From contig CAVRIU010000007.1 of the NCBI GenBank assembly GCA_963721315.1, positions 79,215-143,214 of the forward strand: 64,000 bases of DNA. The letters are read 5' to 3'. Of the stretch, positions 61,005-64,000 are shown piece by piece; the first letter of the stretch is position 1; each line of letters begins with the position of its first letter. This DNA comes from an uncultured Solirubrobacteraceae bacterium. Lineage in GTDB: Bacteria; Actinomycetota; Thermoleophilia; Solirubrobacterales; Solirubrobacteraceae. The translations under genes and the position numbers were made by a program. Below the pieces are notes generated by a model. The model was not told the origin of the DNA. It saw only the letters and a list, made by a program, of their open reading frames with translations, and made no database searches.

Positions 61005-61603
61005 TCAGGAGCCTAGCGGAGCGCCGGAATCGAAAATCTGCTGCAAATTGCGATGCGACGTGCGTTCTGACAGCAGATCGAGCAGGCGGGCGAGCGGCAG
61101 CCCGACGACGTTGAGGTAATCGCCCTCGATGCGCCGGACGAGCGCCGCCCCGCGGCCCTGGATCGCGTAGCCGCCGGCGCGTCCGCGCCACTCGCCGAGC
61201 GCCACGTAGGCGGCGACCTCGGCGTCGTCGAGCGCGCGGAACGTCACCTCGGTCAGCTCGACCGCCTCGGCGACGACCGCACCTCGCTGAGCGAGCGCGA
61301 TCCCGCCGACGACCGCGTGCGTGCGCCCGGCGAGCCGGCCGACGTACTCGGCCGCCTGCGCGGCGTCGCGCGGCTTGCCGAGGATCGCGCCGTCGACGGT
61401 CACCAGCGTGTCGGCGCCGAGCACGAGCTCGCCGGGCACCGCGAGCGCCTTGCGGCGCGCGTTCTCGGCCGCCACCGCGCGCGGCTCGCCCGCGGTCAGC
61501 TCGTCGACGCCGGCCGGCACGACCGTGAACTCGAGCCCCGACGCTTCGCGAGGATCGCCCGCCGCTGCGGCGAGGCCGACGCGAGGATCAGCGGTCGGCT
61601 CAG
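61005..61603 (-). CDS. maf: Maf-like nucleoside triphosphate pyrophosphatase; frame break ~61545. The only candidate start is CTG in a CTGA overlap with the ndk stop
   Basis: [54 protein letters not shown]. Confidence 0.85.
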
Positions 61604-62003
61604 CTCGGCGGGAAGAACAGGTTCGCCTCGCGCTCGGCCGACTCGGGCGAGTCGGAGCCGTGGACCATGTTCTGGCCGACGGCGACGGCGAAGTCGCCGC
61701 GGATCGAGCCGGTGTTCGCCTCGAGCGGGTTGGTCGCGCCGATCACCTGGCGCGCGGCCTTCACGGCCTGCTCGCCCTCGAGCACCATCGCGACCAGCGG
61801 GCCCGACGTGATGAACGCCACGAGCTCCTCGAAGAACGGCTTGCCGTCGTGCTCGGCGTAGTGCTGCTCGGCCGTCTGGCGGTCGAGCGTCATGTGACGC
61901 AGCGCGGCGATGCGCAGCCCCTTGCGCTCGAAGCGGGCGATGATCTCGCCGGTCAGGTTGCGCGCGAAGGCGTCCGGCTTGACCAGGATCAGGGTCCGGT
62001 CCA
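61600..62003 (-). CDS. ndk: nucleoside-diphosphate kinase (intact from the ATG at 62003)
   Basis: [64 protein letters not shown] (active-site His). Confidence 0.95.
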
Positions 62004-62029
62004 TCAGGGGTTCTCCTGTCGATCGATTG

Positions 62030-62570
62030 TCAGCGCGACGAGCGCGGCGGCGCCTCGGCCACGGCGTCCTCGGACGTCGTCGAGCCACGGCGGCGCCGGC
62101 GGCTGCTCGCGGCGGGCGGGGCGGCCGCGGTCTCGGCCTCGCAGTACGGGCACAGCCGCCAGGCGGGATCGACGGCCTTGCCGCAGGAGTGCGCAGCGCT
62201 CCTTCAGCTTGCGCATGCAGCTCGGGCAGCGCAGGTAGTCGGCCTTGACCTCGTACTCGCAGTGCGGGCAGAGCTCGTAGTCGAGCGACACCAGGCGCGC
62301 CTCGGCGGCCTGCATCTCGAGCTCGCGCAGGCGCACGTCGTCGAGGTACTCGGGCGGGCGCACGATCGTGTAGATGATCGTCCCGACGAACGGGAACAGC
62401 GACGCGAGCGTCGCGCAGCCGACCAGCATCGGGTCGTCGATCCGCCGCCGCGCGTCGGCGAACGTCCAGAAGACGAGCGCCGCCCAGACGACGATGAGCA
62501 CGAGGATGAGGACGTTGACGGCCGTGTTGAGCGCGTCATTGTCGATGCCGAAGACGCCGAAGGTGAGCAT
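62030..62570 (-). CDS. membrane protein with PLD-nuclease-N-like TM domain and double zinc ribbon; frame break ~62195
   Basis: [28 protein letters not shown]...[17 protein letters not shown], then [16 protein letters not shown] and, after the break, [20 protein letters not shown]. The stop TGA is at 62030-62032. Confidence 0.6.
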
Positions 62571-62607
62571 GAGTGTGGAGTCGAACGGTACCCGGGGCGC
62601 CGGTCGC

Positions 62608-62724
62608 CTAGAGGAACATCCGGCCGAAAGCGTAGCCGAGCGCGAAGAAGACGAGGATCGTCAGCGCCACGACGACCGCGACGAGCGCGATCATCCCCAG
62701 CACGCTCGGGCCGCGGTCGTTCAC
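62608..62724 (-). CDS. possible 38-aa single-TM peptide downstream of folC (as sequenced it is in frame with folC and not separated by a stop)
   Basis: VNDRGPSVLGMIALVAVVVALTILVFFALGYAFGRMFL from the GTG at 62724. Confidence 0.3.
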   Translation of the reverse strand: MNDRGPSVLGMIALVAVVVALTILVFFALGYAFGRMFL

Positions 62725-62758
62725 GGTGTGCAAGCCCGTCGGGTGCCGGGGTCGGCGA

Positions 62759-64000
62759 TCACAGCGCCGAAGCCCGTCGTGTCCCGGCGCCGACACGAGG
62801 TCCGCGATCAGGTAGATCGAGCCGGTGGCGACGACGGCGCCGTCCGGGCCGGCGATCTCCCGCGCGCGAGCGAGCGCCGCGTGCGGCTCCGGCACGATCT
62901 CCGCGGCCGCGCCGAGCTGCGCCACGAGCGAGGCCAGCGTCGCGGGCGAAAGCGCCCGCGGGCTCGGCGCCGCCGTGCAGACGAACGTCGCGCAGCGCGG
63001 CAGCAGCGCGCTCAGCATCGCGGCGGCGTCCTTGTCGTCGAGGATCGAGACGACCGCGACGAACGGGCGCTGCGGCAGCGCCGCGGCGAGCGCCTCGGCG
63101 CCACTCGGGTTGTGCGCGCCGTCGAGCACGACCAGCGGGCGCTCGCCGACGACCTGCAGCCGCCCGGGCACGCTGATGCGCCTGGCCACCTGCTCGACGA
63201 GCGCGCCGTCGAGCGCGCCGAGCCGCTGCGCGCGCGGCGGCGCACGCGACGGCGAAGTTCGCCTGCTGGAAGCCGGGCAACGTGCCGCCCGCGCGCTCGC
63301 GCTCCGGCGCGCACGACGCGCGCGCCGGTCGCGCGCGCGAGCTGCTCGACCTCGGCGGTCGGTCTCCCCCAGCACGAGCGTGGCGTCCGGACCGACGACG
63401 GCGAGCTTCTCGCGCGCGATGTCGGCGACCGTCGGACCGAGCCAGCGCGTGTGCTCGAGGCCCACGTTGGTGAGCGCGACGATCGGCGCGCGCAGCACGC
63501 CGGTCGCGTCGTGGCGCCCGCCGAGGCCCGCCTCGACGACCGCGACCTCGACCTCACGACGCGCGAGCTCGTGGAAGGCGGCGGCGGTCAGCACCTCGAA
63601 CTGGGTCACGCGGTCGCCCTCCTCGAGCCCGCGGTCGACCTTCGCCGCCGCCTCGGCGGCGCGCTGCACCGCCGCGCCGAACGCCGCGGGCTCGAGATCC
63701 GCGTCGCCGATCCGGATCCGCTCGGCGAAGCTCGTCAGGTGCGGCGAGAGATAGGCGCCGGTGCGGACGCCGTGCGCCGCGAGCAGCGCCGCCGTCATCC
63801 GCACGGTCGAGCTCTTGCCGTTCGTGCCGACGACGTGGATCTTGCCGAACCGCTCCTGCGGGGAGCCGAGCGCGGTCAGCAGGCGGCGCATCCGCTCGAG
63901 GCCGAAGCGCATGCCGAACAGCTCGAGCCCGAGCAGATACTCCTCCGCTCGCTCCGCGCTCCAGCCTGTGCCCGGTCGGGCGCCTTTGCCCGCCGGCGAA
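62759..64000 (-). CDS. folC: dihydrofolate synthase / folylpolyglutamate synthase (N-terminus runs off the window end; at least 2 frame breaks, 3-prime end ambiguous 62608 vs 62759)
   Basis: GLERMRRLLTALGSPQ, HVVGTNGKSSTVRM, SPHLTSFAERI, TQFEVLTAAAF, VVEAGLGGRHDATG, LDGAHNPSGAEAL. Upstream residues (EEYLLGLELFG) continue past 63912. Confidence 0.9.

Noticed and set aside
62608-62800. FolC with a C-terminal transmembrane tail (single ORF 62608..63912).
   Set aside because: A TM tail is not a known FolC feature. A stop (62759-62761) lies one frame away, and a GTG at 62724 could start a separate 38-aa peptide. This is treated as an unresolved boundary, not as a novel fusion.

Overview
This is a very GC-rich (by eye roughly 70-75% G+C, not computed) actinobacterial-type chromosomal core segment. 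It holds about 68 protein genes and one tRNA, mostly on the minus strand.

Gene content in window order:
- polA; a CN-hydrolase and a YfcH-type epimerase; a MarR regulator divergent from a zinc-ribbon membrane protein.
- A liv-type branched-chain amino-acid ABC transporter (SBP-livH-livM-livG-livF).
- A complete hisIE-trpE-G-D-C-F-B-A operon.
- A quinone oxidoreductase; a phytoene/squalene-synthase-like gene coupled to a FAD oxidoreductase; an ArsA-like ATPase.
- yqeY-phoH-ybeY-era; ndh; hrcA-dnaJ followed by two tandem PrmA-like methyltransferases.
- lepA coupled to a HadA/HadB-like dehydratase pair; murJ; rpsT; holA; a small low-GC VOC gene.
- comEA-comEC; leuS; tRNA-Ala(GGC); proB-proA-nadD-rsfS; sthA-like; a vapBC module; obg; an SDR; a GAF-GGDEF protein.
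- folC-(small membrane genes)-ndk-maf-mreBCD-pbp2-rodA-rne-rplU-rpmA.

The backbone order (folC...ndk...rne-rplU-rpmA-obg-proB...nadD-rsfS...comEC-holA-rpsT-lepA...hrcA-dnaJ...phoH-ybeY-era) is the conserved actinobacterial one. This is an ordinary core region, not an accessory island. I see no transposase, integrase, CRISPR array, rRNA or recognisable defence island, and I did not find a convincing novel multi-gene system.

The dominant unusual signal is technical. About two thirds of the genes, including essential ones, can only be read by switching frames at 1-nt breaks located at short same-base runs. That looks like indel-type sequence error. It explains both the fragmented ORF track and the very long spurious Arg/Ala/Pro-rich ORFs. 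All boundaries of frame-broken genes are approximate.

Secondary observations:
- Near-universal NTGA start/stop overlaps, including two CTGA junctions with no canonical start codon.
- Tandem diverged PrmA paralogues coupled to dnaJ.
- A Cys-rich MarR with an AT-rich palindrome.
- Several long hairpins and palindromes in intergenic regions.
- Small insertions (vapBC+sthA, GGDEF+SDR, VOC) that interrupt the conserved backbone.
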